A DNA stretch of 64,000 nucleotides from an uncultured Methanoregulaceae archaeon (GTDB lineage Archaea > Halobacteriota > Methanomicrobia > Methanomicrobiales > Methanospirillaceae). Made by a program: the position numbers and the translations under genes. Below are positions 22,458 to 34,202 of this stretch, in pieces. Below the pieces are notes generated by a model. It ran no database searches. It saw only the letters and a program-made list of their open reading frames with translations, and was not told the DNA's origin. How positions within the stretch are numbered: position 1 is the stretch's first letter; every line of letters starts with the position of its first letter. The DNA is taken from contig CAVRIL010000004.1 in assembly GCA_963721245.1 (NCBI GenBank), positions 6,110 through 70,109 of the forward strand, given 5' to 3'.

Positions 22458-23084
22458 TCAGCCGGTATTCTCATTGACTGATACCAGCCGGATGGTGAAT
22501 GTCAAAGGCTCCCCTGCCAGGGGACTGTTCGCATCAACGGTCACCGTGTCCTCGGTAAAATTCAGGACCTTAACAGTACTTACCGTATTGGTGGAAGGGT
22601 CGCTATAGGTGAGTATACCTCCTATCGTAAGGTTCATTGTTGCAAGGTTGCCCGTGCGGTTGAAGACGTAAATATTGTCCGGGCTGTAGGGCCCGTATGC
22701 CTGGTCGACGGGGATATTCACGGTCCTTGTCTGCCCGGCCTTCATGCCGATGACTGCAACCTCAAAACCCGGTATGACCTGGTGGGATCCCACGGTGAAT
22801 GCAAGCGGGGTACTGTTGACATTTGAATCAAAAACCGTCCCGTTGGTAAACATGCCCGTATAATAGACCGAGACCGAATCCCCGATCACTGCTGCCGCAC
22901 CGGTTCCCGTCCCGGTGACTGCCGGTGAACCGCCAGTACCTGGTACGAGAAAAATGTATGCGGCAACCGCAATGATTGCCACAATGACGATTACTCCGAC
23001 AGCAAGGATCAGGTTCTTATTTCCCTTCATCGTACTCTTTGCCTTCGGTTCGGATTTTTCTTTGGATTTTTTTGGTTTACTCAT
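22458..23084 (-). CDS. FKBP-type peptidyl-prolyl isomerase (SlyD-like) with N-terminal membrane anchor
   Basis: GDSVSVYYTG..GTVFDS, VIPGFE, AYGP, VDANSPLAGEPLTF; basic N-terminus followed by a TM helix. Confidence 0.9.
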   Translation of the reverse strand: MSKPKKSKEKSEPKAKSTMKGNKNLILAVGVIVIVAIIAVAAYIFLVPGTGGSPAVTGTGTGAAAVIGDSVSVYYTGMFTNGTVFDSNVNSTPLAFTVGSHQVIPGFEVAVIGMKAGQTRTVNIPVDQAYGPYSPDNIYVFNRTGNLATMNLTIGGILTYSDPSTNTVSTVKVLNFTEDTVTVDANSPLAGEPLTFTIRLVSVNENTG

Positions 23085-23422
23085 GCTTCCTCTCCCATTT
23101 TTAGTTTTTACCGTACAGGGAATTACACTACGCGATATACCCCATTAAATGATTGGTTACCGGCAATAATTTTTACAGGGGTGAATGGTCCCTGATGAAA
23201 CGGTGAACGGAAATACGGGGTCCGGTTCGCTTCGGACAACGAAATTGCCAGAGAATAATCTGCCCTATCCGGGAAGATCCAGAAACCGGTTCTCCCGTTG
23301 GATCAGCTCACCTTATTTCGCCTCAGAGATGCAATACATACGGTATCGTATTTACCCGATGAGAATTGCTTTTACTGTGCGGCAGGTTGCCGGATGAGCG
23401 TTGTACGAGGGGGTGAGGAAAA

Positions 23423-24046
23423 ATGACCCGATATCTGATAGATATCCGCCTTATGGGAGCGGTCAGGCACCAGATCCGTACGTTAAGCAACAAGTTGCAG
23501 GAGAAATTTAATCTCGGGGACAGCCTGGTTATCCCTCATATCACCCTGGCCGGGCCTTTTTCGACCAGTAATGAGAAAAAACTCGTTGAAGATTTTACGA
23601 AAATCTGTTCAGACCAGAAAACGATCCCGAAATATGATGTGGGAGGGTACGGATTTTTTGACGATACCCGAGTGGTATATGTTACCATCACTCCTGATGA
23701 GATCCTGAAACAGTTCCGTTACCGGCTTTCGCAGGCAATCTCCCCGTATTGCTCGTTACGGGACTATGATCTGGATTCTGCCGATACATTCCGGTTCCAT
23801 GCCACCCTCGCCATGAAACTTGACTGGCTTACCTTCTGGAGAATACAATGGTATTTCAGGGGACAGGAACCGGTTATCTACCGGCACCACCCAATCCGGG
23901 TAACCCTGATACGGAATGCAAAAATTCTCTGCGAATATGATTTTGTCCAGAACAGGATGCTGAGCCGGGCACAGGCACGGAGCAGGGCGACACTGATGCG
24001 TGATCTGGATATCCTTAAGGCATGGTCTGAGGAATACAGAGAATGA
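23423..24046 (+). CDS. 2H phosphoesterase (2'-5' RNA ligase superfamily)
   Basis: Two HxT motifs, PHITL and FHATL; gtgagg RBS. Confidence 0.85.
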   Translation: MTRYLIDIRLMGAVRHQIRTLSNKLQEKFNLGDSLVIPHITLAGPFSTSNEKKLVEDFTKICSDQKTIPKYDVGGYGFFDDTRVVYVTITPDEILKQFRYRLSQAISPYCSLRDYDLDSADTFRFHATLAMKLDWLTFWRIQWYFRGQEPVIYRHHPIRVTLIRNAKILCEYDFVQNRMLSRAQARSRATLMRDLDILKAWSEEYRE

Positions 24047-24149
24047 ACTACCCTCGTCCCACGTCAGTCCACAGCCTCGGTCAAGGGTTCACCACTTTCA
24101 CCCTGCAGACGATACAATTGTTTACTGGCTTTTCCTTGAATGAACTGAA

Positions 24150-24756
24150 GTGACAAAAATAATCTGGGGAATCGATATCCCCGTATCTGCAATAACCTTC
24201 AGAGGGTGGGATACACAGAAGAATGAGTACGTCTACGAACCCTGCGTCGTGCGTAAAACATGTTCGTTTGAGCTCTGCGAAGTCTGCGGGGAACAGGCTC
24301 ACCGGAGAGCGACTGAAAGGCGGATTAACAAGTTGTTCTCCTGAATGTGCCGCGAAGAGATGGGACATCGCACATGGTCTCGTCATCGCCAGGGAAAGGC
24401 AGAAAAAAGGAGAACGGCCCTCGCGATTCTGGGAGATCATCAAATCTGAATGTTTCCGCCGGGATAAGTACACCTGCCGAAGATGCGGAAAATCTGAGGA
24501 AGAACTTTCATTCTTCATGGAATCCGAGACTGTCGGGGAACAATCCAATGGCATGGTCAGAAGGTCTGATTTTATCCTGAATGCGCATCACATCATCCCC
24601 ATCAGAACGGGGGGAGATAATTCGCCCGGTAATCTCATCACGCTGTGTGGGAAATGCCATCATAAAGAACATTCTGCGGATGCAAATATCCGAAGAAAGC
24701 ATCTCTGTCTTGAATCCTTCGGGGTCGGACCCAATCCGGTGAGTGATGAGGGATGA
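24150..24756 (+). CDS. HNH endonuclease with N-terminal Cys-rich zinc-binding region (probable frameshift near 24290)
   Basis: RRDKYTCRRCG..AHHIIP..GGDN..NLITLCGKCH; upstream CEVCG (ORF 24150) and CSPEC motifs. Confidence 0.8.
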
Positions 24757-24813
24757 ACCTTCCTGTACGGATGAAGGAGCCTTCAACCGGACAACATGGA
24801 TAACCCCGGTGGA

Positions 24814-25892
24814 TCAAATCCCCATTACAGGGTAATCCGTATATCCTTTCTCCTCTCCGGCGTAGAATGTTGAGATCTCCTCACGGTTCAGCGGTGCATT
24901 CCTGACAAAGCGTGCCGGGAGATCCGGGTTGGCAAGGAACATCACCCCGTATGAAACAAGGTCCGCGAGGCCGCTTTCGATAGCCTCGTTCCCGCTGGCA
25001 GCGTCATAGCCCCCGTTCAGCATAAGCGTCCCGTTGAATTTTGCCCGGATGAGGGGTGCAATACGATCGTCTTCGGCCGTCACCCCGAGCCTGCCGCCGA
25101 CAGCCTCGACAAGATGAATATACCCGATGCCAATCCTGCCGAGTTCATATACAAAGGCTGAGAAGGTTCCAACCGGATCGCTGTCAGACATGCCATGGAC
25201 CAGGAAATGGGGCGACAACCGGTAACCGACCCTTCCCGGTCCCCAGACCTCTGCAACAGCCCGGGTGACCTCGAGCGGGAACCGCATTCGGTTCGTAACG
25301 CTGCCACCGTAGGAATCGGTGCGTTTGTTGGAACTGTCCCGGAGGAACTGGTCCAGCAGGTAGCCGTTTGCACCGTGGATCTCCACGCCATCAAATCCGG
25401 CTGTTCGGGCATTCATAGCAGCCTGCCTGAACTGGTCGACGATTCCCGGGATCTCAGCAACCGCAAGGGCTTTCGGGACCGGGATTTGTGCTTTTCCTGA
25501 CGGTGTATGGATTTCTTCGGGCACGGCGATTGCCGATGGCGCAACCGGCATCCTGCCACCGAGGTAATCCGGGTGGGACATCCGCCCGACATGCCAGAGC
25601 TGGAGGAATATGTTCCCCCGTCCTGGTGTACGGCATCGGTAACCTTTTTCCAGCCTGCGACCTGTTCCGGTGAGTGGACACCCGGTGTCCGGTTGAAGCC
25701 GACACCCATCGGGCTCACCTGGGACCCTTCCGTGATGATCAGTCCTGCTGAAGCCCTCTGGGAATAATAGGTTACCGTCAGCGGGCCGGGGACATTGCCG
25801 GCAATCGCACGGCAGCGGGTCATCGGGGCCATCACCATCCTGTTCCGGAGGATCAGGTCTCCCAGCTTGTAGGGCGTTAAAAGACTCATCAT
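24814..25892 (-). CDS. Old yellow enzyme / alkene reductase (NemA-like; frameshifted)
   Basis: NRMVMAPMTR, YYSQRASAGLIITEG, GFDGVEIHGANGYLLDQF, ANPDLP.R, GYTDYP. Confidence 0.92.
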
Positions 25893-25902
25893 GTTCATCA
25901 CC

Positions 25903-27426
25903 TCATCCGGGGACAAGTTTCCAGATCTCCCCGCTCCGTGTTGCCGGGTCAGGTCCCGCATTCCTGCTGGTCAGGACATAGATCTCATGGTCTGCATCCT
26001 CCCCGAATCCTCGCACAAAGGCATTCACCCTCCCGTTTGTGCCGGTTGTAATGATACACTCCTGCATGGTCCACATCCGGTTGTCCTGCGGGGTGATTGC
26101 GGTGAGTTCGCCCGGGTAGCTGCTGATATCGTATCCGGCAGGCGGTGTTGCGACAAGGATGGACCCGTCACCACTGCCTCCGAACGATTTCGACCAGTCG
26201 CCAAATATATAGGATCCGTTGAGAGCGGGCAGTGCAGTGCCCCGGTAGATGGCCCCGCCAATAACGGTGTTGCCGATATCATGCCCGAGTTCGACAACGG
26301 GACCGATCAGCGGCTCCCCGCGGGATCCCGTCACGGGACAGGCGACGGGCGGGGTACCGCATTATTGGCCGGATCGAAACAATGGGTACCCTCCCGTATG
26401 TGCCACCCGTAATTGCCACCTCTCGTAACAATGAAGACCGATTCGAAAAGATTCTGGCCGGCCACGCCGGTCGTCAGGTGGTGACCCGGGCCGGAATCAA
26501 AGGACATGTATGCAGGGTTCCGGAACCCCGATGCATATATTTCCGGGAGGATCCCGGCAGTGCCGACAAACGGGTTATCCGGCGGGACTGAGTAGAGGGT
26601 CCCTCCCGTGCCCGGGATATCGACATCGATGCGCAGTATCTTGCCCAGCAGCGTGGTCATGTCCTGTGCATTACCGGTATCCGGGGTATGGCCGGTGCCG
26701 GTATCATCCGCGCCGCCACCGTCCCCGAGCGCAAGATAGAGGTACCCGTCATCCGGCCCGAAGAGGATCGGTCCGCCGTTATGGTTCGATTGCGGTTTAT
26801 CGACCGCAAGCAGGACCTTCTCCGAGCCCATGTCGGCTCTATCCGGGTTACCGGGGATAATCCGTGAACTCTGAGAGCCGGTTGGTGCAGCTCCAGCCAG
26901 AGGGTGCTCCCGCCCGCAGCGGGGCAGAGTAATAGACAAAGACGCGGCTGGTGTTCCGGAAATCAGGGTGGAATGCAATGGAGAGAAGTCCCCGTTCGTC
27001 ATATCCCGTGTTCAGGCTGACCATCCGATCCCGCAGGTCGAGGAAAGGCGTATCAAGGAGTTTTCCGTCTGCGGTGATGATCCGCACCAGCCCGATCTGG
27101 TCAACCACGAACATACGGCCGCTCCCGTCACCGGGGACGGCCATCATCACGGGCGAGGAGAGGCCTGTGGCAATCTTCTGCAGGCCGATACGCGGGTTGC
27201 CCGGGGCAAACGTGGTATATGATGCACCATTCCGGAATACTGCTGCCTGAGGCGAGTTCTGGTTGGTCAGGTCTGTCGGGCTGCCTGTTGCTGTTCCGGG
27301 GGTGGTACCCGTACCTGTGGGAGGAGTTCCTGCACTAAGGCCGTTATCCGTGCCGGTACATCCGGCACCCATCACCAGCAGGAAGATGATGGCGGTGAGA
27401 ATTATGATCCTGGTCTGGTATGTCAT
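25903..27426 (-). CDS. Glucose/sorbosone dehydrogenase-family beta-propeller lipoprotein (frameshifted)
   Basis: Lipobox GAGC; DERGLLSIAFHP, NHNGG, LGDGG, GKILRID, GFRNP, NYGW..EG, GGAIYRG. Confidence 0.88.
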
Positions 27427-27617
27427 GAGACACATTCGGACAGCACGGTGATAATTATTTGCTTCCCGGCGTTGTTCCTGAAATTTTACTGGTAAATGCA
27501 TACGATAGGGAATGAAAAATCCGGCAGATTTTCCCTCTTGAGCGCGATCGGTGTTTCAATTATTTTAACATTAAAATTTTTTTTGTTTCTTTCCGGAAAA
27601 TCTTCTGAAAATATTTT

Positions 27618-28251
27618 TTATGTGATTTTAGCGGCGGCTGTCTTTGTTATTTCTTTAAGATATTCGGGATCCCGTGATGTGCTCAGGATGACAATCTGTT
27701 CATATACATCATTTTTGACAAACTGATAGAATATGCCGGTGGCATTGTATCTTTTTTGATTTTCTCAACAATTCTACGGTATATGCCTGACTCGAATCTC
27801 CTATTTTAGGATTCGATAATGGATTAACCAGGTAAGCGTCTTCACTCCGTCGAACCATTTCTGTATTGCCTTCAGCCAGTGCCAGATTTACGTTCTCAAT
27901 CGGGTAAACATCAATATCCTGAGTAAGATATTCCATCTGCATCGTTGACTCATTTTTTCGTCCGAACATAACATGATATCCTTTTTTCCATCCCTGGTCC
28001 AATGCCAGCTGGCTTACATCAGAACGTGTCCTTTCCCGATTCTCCTGCAGGGTGAAACCAGCGGGTAAATCCGGAAGTTGCAATGCCATATCGGCCGGTT
28101 CAATTGTTGATGAGGAACTTCCGGGAATTGACTGAAGGTCAGAAGGTGACGGTATTATCTTTGATGCGGATGGCGCACCTGATATACAGCCGACGGCACA
28201 CATCAGAAGAATTATCAATCCTAGTGCAGGGACAGTATTAGACAGGTTCAT
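27618..28251 (-). CDS. Lipoprotein, hypothetical (frameshift near the 3' end)
   Basis: Lipobox-like AVGC, ALQLPDLPAGF, PKIGDSS; the re-joined tail ends TAAAKIT*. Confidence 0.65.
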
Positions 28252-28632
28252 TAGCCGTCCTTTTCTCTCAGTTATTATATATTTTCTCGTTTGGTTTTTC
28301 AGGTTCACACTGCTCTCAGAATGATCAACAGGGTCGATAAAGCCTGGATTCATGGAAAAACTCTGGAATACGAAACATCATTCGATGCAGGAATTGATGA
28401 GACGGGATCCGGACACAGAGCATAATTTCTCCCTGGAACAATCTATCGGCCCGGCATGCGAGCGATGGAATGACGGGAAGTGCGGAGCGATATACGGGGG
28501 ATGGACATGATAGAAAGCACAAAAAGGTTAAATTTCGCATTCTGTTGGCTTTTGACATTGCTGGTCGAAGACAGAACATGTTCAATCATTATTTCGAACA
28601 GATCCCGATAATCCAGAGCCGGTTTAATTTGG

Positions 28633-28935
28633 TTGTTCCAGGCAATGAAGAAACAATACAAGCGGGAACGGCTCAATGAATATCCATGGCGGGGCGTGGA
28701 AGCAATACCCCTATTCGGGTCAGATATCCCGTGGTTGGTAATTGCATTAGTTGTTTTACTCTTGTTCACACAATTTGTTGCAATTGTCGGATGGGATCTG
28801 ATCAACGATGCATACCGGGACATACGATTCAACCCCGACCTAAAGGGATCCACGTTCTTTCGGGTTTCTTTCTTATTTGGCTCCGCTGATCCCTCTGTAT
28901 TTGCCCATATTCACACAATCAGCCGCGTAGAATAA
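28633..28935 (+). CDS. Possible membrane protein fragment
   Basis: Hydrophobic helix WLVIALVVLLLFTQFVAIVGW in an AT-rich tract; boundaries uncertain. Confidence 0.3.
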   Translation: MFQAMKKQYKRERLNEYPWRGVEAIPLFGSDIPWLVIALVVLLLFTQFVAIVGWDLINDAYRDIRFNPDLKGSTFFRVSFLFGSADPSVFAHIHTISRVE

Positions 28936-29187
28936 ATTTTGAAGTTACCCTTTTGTCTATTCTTTGCATTTTGGTTCTGCACTCTGGATGATCACATCGG
29001 CATTCCTGATGTCCGGAGTTAAAGATATGCAACTTTTCAGAAAATAACAGTTGATCTGTGTCCATTTTCTCATCAAAAAGCCGTTTGAATACTGTAAACG
29101 CTCTCCAAAGATTTATTGGGATAAACAACACCCGTCCCTATATCCGGGTGAGATCGCACCTGGGCAACAAAAAAAGGAGGTAGACAT

Positions 29188-29625
29188 ATGGTACGACGTT
29201 TTCACCGATCAATCTATGATGAACTCGATGATCTTAAAGCATCCATGGACTACCTGTTCCAGCTTGCTTTTGAACCAGTGGACAATCCGATGTTGCCTGA
29301 AGGAGAACAACCTGAGATCGTGTGCCTGTATCCCCATACCCTGAACTCGGAGGTCACGGAGCACAACGATGAAGTGATGGTGACGGTGGATATGATACCG
29401 GGGTGCGAGGCGGCAAAGATCTCCGTTGACCTGGTCGGCCCGGATTCCCTGAGGATCACCTGTGACCGGGAAGAAGGAGCAACGACCAATACTGACCGGC
29501 GGTCGTTTTCCGTGCACCGCATCATCCCGCTCCCGGGCAAGGTGACAACAACCGGGGCAAAAACCACGTATAAAAACGGCGTGCTCGATATTCATCTCAG
29601 GCGGGCCCGTCCGGAACAACGGTAA
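29188..29625 (+). CDS. Hsp20 / alpha-crystallin family protein
   Basis: V.VTVDM.PG and IPLP..V....AKTTYKNGVLDI; aaggaggt RBS. Confidence 0.88.
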   Translation: MVRRFHRSIYDELDDLKASMDYLFQLAFEPVDNPMLPEGEQPEIVCLYPHTLNSEVTEHNDEVMVTVDMIPGCEAAKISVDLVGPDSLRITCDREEGATTNTDRRSFSVHRIIPLPGKVTTTGAKTTYKNGVLDIHLRRARPEQR

Positions 29626-29645
29626 GCCGGACTCCCGGCAATTTT

Positions 29646-30912
29646 TTACACCCGGTCGCGGAGCAGGGGGCAGGTCATGCAATGCCCGCCGCCACGCCCG
29701 CGGCTCAGCTCGGACCCCTCAAATTCCAGCACATCGATACCGGCCTTGCGGAAATTCCGGTTGGTAGAGGTGTTCCGGTCTGTCGCGATGACCAGGCCGG
29801 GACGGAGTGCAAGAATATTATTCCCGTCATCCCACTGCTCGCGGGCCGCTTCGTAGGTATCGCCACCGGTAGGAATGACTTCAAGGTGGCCGACATCCAG
29901 GGCATCGGCAACGGCACCAAGAAATGTTTCTTCCTTGGTGACCGTGAACATCGTCCGTCCCGTCAGCGGGGCGGATGCTGTACGCCTGCATCCCGTTCAC
30001 GACATCCGGATAGACGGTGACCTTGTCGACATCGAGCATCGTAAAGACCGTGTCAAGGTGCATATGTGCCCGGTCCGGGCTCATCCGTGCAACAATGATC
30101 CGGTCAGCTGCTTTCCCGGTAAAAAGGGCATGCGCCAGCTGCTCGATCATCTGGCTCCGAGTCCGCTCGCCCATGCCGATAAGGACCGTCCTGTTCCCGA
30201 TGGGCATGACATCGCCGCCTTCCAGCGAGGAACGGGCATAGAGTCCGGACTGCTGACCGGGTTTTCATCCCCCTGCGGCGGGAACCAGTACCTGAACTCT
30301 GCATGCACGGAACATCGGGTGATGGTGATAGATGGTTGCGGCATTCAGCGCCTCCGGCTGCCGGGCAGGCCAGTACATCGGGTTGATGGAGACCCCGTTA
30401 TAGATCCAGCTCGAGGAATCGCGGGTGAAAAGGGTGTTGGGGAGTGGCGGGAGGATAAAGGCATCCGGGCCTGCTACAGCAGCGGTGAGCGAGGAGCGGG
30501 CCAGGCCTTCCATGTAAATACATTCGAGTTCGCCGACCGTGAGCCCCCCGATCAGGTGCCGGGCGAGATCGGCAGCTTCCATCTCCATCATGCAGGTCCG
30601 CACTGCGCCTGAAGCAGAGATCCCGACGGACATACCCGCCGACACCCTGTCGATCACCTGCCGGCGGATCTCTTCGCCCCGGGACAGTGCTTCGGCGAGG
30701 AGTTCCTGCAGGTAAAAGACCTTCACGCCTTCATCGCGGATGAGACGGACAAACGCGTTATGCTCCTCAAGTGCCCTGTCGACCCAGAGGACATCATCAA
30801 AGAGGAGGCTGGCATGGTTGGACGGCGTCAGCCGCCGGAGGCTGAGGTCCGGCTGGTGCACCATGACCTTCCGGAGTTTCCCCACTTCTGAATACACGCC
30901 AAATCCTGTCAT
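29646..30912 (-). CDS. arcA: Arginine deiminase (frameshifted)
   Basis: [68 protein letters not shown]. Confidence 0.93.
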
Positions 30913-30918
30913 GTTCCC

Positions 30919-31836
30919 TCACGCACCCGGCCTGACTAATGTCCCGGCATCACCTTCAACGATTGCCCCGATGTCAGCAAGCGCCCCGATGGCCGCCCTT
31001 TTCCCGGTCTTCTCCACAAAAGCACAGGCAGCCTCCACTTTCGGGCCCATGGAACCGGCCGGGAACGTGTGGCGTTTCAACTCCCCGGGTGTTGTCTCAC
31101 GGATGAGGCGGGCAGACGGTTTTCCCCAGTCAAGATATACGCCGTTCACATCCGTTGCCATGACGAAGAGATCAGCCTTGATCTCCCGGGCAAGAAGCCC
31201 GCTGGCAAAATCCTTGTCGATGACTGCCTCAACACCGGTCAGTTTCTGTCCGTTACCCGGTTGGTACATCACGGGGATACCACCCCCGCCGGTACAGATG
31301 ACGATTGCTCCCTGTTCGAGCAGCCAGCAGATCGGGCGGATCTCAAAGATCTTCCGGGGCCGTGGTGAAGGCACCACCCGCCGGAAAAGTTCCCCGTCCT
31401 TATGAAAGACCCAGCCTTTTTCCGCTCCGATCCGGTCAGCATCGGTCTTTGCATACTGGGGACCGACAAACTTGGAGGGGTGGGTAAAGGCCGGGTCGGC
31501 AGGGTCGACCTCAACCATGGTAAGAATGGTAGCAAACGGGACATCCCGGGGGAGCAGGTTCCGGAGTTCCTGCTCGATCATGTACCCGATCATACCCTCC
31601 GTCTGGGCATCAAGGACATCAAGCGGATAGGGTTCGACGCTCGTATATGCCGCAGCCTGCAGGGCGAGCAGCCCGACCTGTGGCCCGTTCCCGTGCGAGA
31701 GCACCAGTTCATGTGTCCGTGCAAGCGGTGCCAGTGCACGGGCAGCCGCACGGATATTGGTACGCTGGCGGTCGGCAGTCATCGGCTCGCCCCGTTTCAG
31801 GAGGGCGTTTCCCCCGAGTGCGACTACGATCCTCAT
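30919..31836 (-). CDS. arcC: Carbamate kinase
   Basis: [48 protein letters not shown]; intact ORF. Confidence 0.95.
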   Translation of the reverse strand: MRIVVALGGNALLKRGEPMTADRQRTNIRAAARALAPLARTHELVLSHGNGPQVGLLALQAAAYTSVEPYPLDVLDAQTEGMIGYMIEQELRNLLPRDVPFATILTMVEVDPADPAFTHPSKFVGPQYAKTDADRIGAEKGWVFHKDGELFRRVVPSPRPRKIFEIRPICWLLEQGAIVICTGGGGIPVMYQPGNGQKLTGVEAVIDKDFASGLLAREIKADLFVMATDVNGVYLDWGKPSARLIRETTPGELKRHTFPAGSMGPKVEAACAFVEKTGKRAAIGALADIGAIVEGDAGTLVRPGA

Positions 31837-31917
31837 CTATTCTCCCTCATGTTCCGGAAGTATTTAATCGGATCTTCCGGGAACCTCATGAGGTGTACGG
31901 CAATCTTTGCTGGAAAG

Positions 31918-32139
31918 GGGTTTGTTAAAACCCTAAGATATCAACAAATTGCAAATCACCTGTTATCGGAGGGGACAGTGCCTGTCCCCCCGAACCGCCC
32001 CTGCGCTTTGTGATTGTTTTGTATTACCTTCTCTGGAATTATCGCTCATGGGGATGCCACAGCGGCGGGGGCGAAGGCATTACGTGCCGTAGACTTAAAA
32101 GAGCGTTGAGAAGAAGATTGTGAGGATTTCAACAAAGCT
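31918..32139 (+). mobile_element. MITE copy A (222 bp)
   Basis: Imperfect TIRs gggtttgttaaaacc / ggatttcaacaaagct; about 90% identical by manual alignment to the reverse complement of 36715-36935; internal hairpin ggggacag-tgc-ctgtcccc. Confidence 0.8.
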
Positions 32140-32203
32140 GAAATATGGGCCCTCCTCCAAAACTTCGAGGAAACCATTAACCCTTCAGCGCTCGTCTAAA
32201 GGA

Positions 32204-32503
32204 ATGGCGATAGTCCTGGAAAGACAGCCCGTTAAATCTGCCATCATGCGTTCCATCGGATATAGTCCTGACGCAAAAATTCTTGAGATAGAGTTCCACA
32301 CGGGACTGGTCTACCAGTATTCGGGTGTCCCTTCCAAAATATATGAAGACCTCATCCATTCCGGCGAACCAGGAAAATATTTTTCTGAAAAGGTCCGACC
32401 CGTTCCGGAACAAAGCAGGTCGGCTCATAGAGTATATTTGCAACCGTGCAATCTCGCCTCTCTGAAAAAGCCCTTTTTACTGGCGGGAGAGGGTGATGTA
32501 TGA
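32204..32503 (+). CDS. KTSC-domain protein (3' end uncertain)
   Basis: RQPVKSA.MRSIGY....LEIEF..G.VYQY.GVP..IY..L......GKYF. Confidence 0.85.
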   Translation: MAIVLERQPVKSAIMRSIGYSPDAKILEIEFHTGLVYQYSGVPSKIYEDLIHSGEPGKYFSEKVRPVPEQSRSAHRVYLQPCNLASLKKPFLLAGEGDV

Positions 32504-32585
32504 GCCGGACTACCAGCATTCTTCCGGAGAACTGATCATTCCGGGATGATTATCCATTTATCATGCAAGGGTGACACTACCTATC

Positions 32586-33902
32586 ATGTCCGGTCCTGCG
32601 CCACTGTACGCAACGCCCGATGACTGGATCGCTCACGAGGCGATCCCTTTCCCGACCGATTCACCGGGGACCTTTAATTCCGCCGTCGATACGCTCATCG
32701 ACCTACTTGACGATGGTGTGGAGCTGCTTGGCCTGGGAGAGGCACTCCACGGCGGTGAGGATATCCTCATATTCCGCAACCGGCTCTTCCAGCGCCTCGT
32801 GGAGACACATGGCTTCGGTGCCATTGCCATCGAGAGCAGTTTTCCCCGGGCTCATGGGGTGAATGAATATAGTGCCGGTCGCGGTCCGGCATCGTATGAG
32901 GCTGTCCGGGAGACCGGGTTCAGCCACGGTTTTGGGCGGCTTGAGGCGAACAGGGAACTCGTGGAGTGGATGCGGCACTATAATGCAGATCCCTCCCATC
33001 GCCTTAAACTCCGGTTCTATGGCTTTGACAGCCCGACCGAAATGACCGGCAGCGACAGCCCGCGCCAGGTCCTTCATTTTGTCCTCGATTACCTCGCCTC
33101 GATCGACAGAGCCGGTGGAGAGGCGCATCGTGGACGTATCGAGCCGCTCCTCGGCCAGGACGCCGACTGGGAGAACCCCGCGGCAATGATGGACCCTGCA
33201 CAGTCGGTTGGGCTGTCACCACCTGCAACCGCGCTCAGGATTGCGACGGAGGATCTCTATATCGGACCTGAATATACGACGCCCCGAACTGGTGTCTGGA
33301 AGCGATAAGGGCCGCTACCGTGAAGCCGTGCACTATGCAACGGTTGCCCGGCAACTGCTGAACTATCATGCTGAAGTGGCGCATGCATCAGCCCCGAAAG
33401 ACCGGATCGTCCGACTCCTCGGCATGCGTGACGCGATGATGGCGGATAACCTTGTGTACATGGTCTCCCGTGAACGCGGCCGTGGGAGGGTGCTGGTCTT
33501 CGCCCACAACAGCCACCTCCGGCGCGGAAGGGCAGAATGGCAGCTGGGTCCTCACGCCCTGGCGTGGTGGACGGCGGGTGCACACCTCGATGCAATCTAC
33601 GGGCCGGGTTATGCCGTTATAGGTTCCGGCGTAGGCGTCTCCGACGCTAATGGCATCGGTCAGCCCGAGCCCGGCACCCTCGAGGCCCTGCTGGCTGCAG
33701 TACCCGGACCGGTCCGGTTAATTCCGACCCACAGGGGCCAGGGACTTCCGGCCCTGCGATTGCAGCCCTTCCGACCCGTTCGGGAAGCAGGAGGAACCCG
33801 ACATACTTCCCTCTGACCCCACAGAGTCTCACCGATTTCGACTGGCTGGCCTTCCTGGATTCAACGGCATACGCCCGCGGCGGACCTCCGCTGCAGCCGT
33901 AA
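32586..33902 (+). CDS. Erythromycin esterase (Ere) family protein (frameshifted)
   Basis: LGLGEALHG, IAIESSF, LVEWMR, FYGFD, RDAMMADN, VFAHNSH, FDWLAFLD. Confidence 0.88.
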
Positions 33903-34202
33903 GACACTGCCAGCGCTGGCCCGGCCAGGTTTTTGCGTTCATTCATACCGTCCTCTCCGGGATATCCTTACGCCATCCTGTCCCGGGCAGCCCTCATACC
34001 GGGTCCTGATGCATTGGAAACCCGGGGCTCTTTAATGAAGAGTGAGGATGCTGGAAAGGTCCAGGTACGGTTGCATTGGATACTGTTGCCCGCCAGGAGC
34101 ATGGGAAAGAAACCTGTCTGTCACGGGTGCAGATCCGAAAATCCGGATATGGTCCAGGCATCTTCTCAACCATAATAAAAACGGGATGCAGGGTCCGGTA
34201 TG

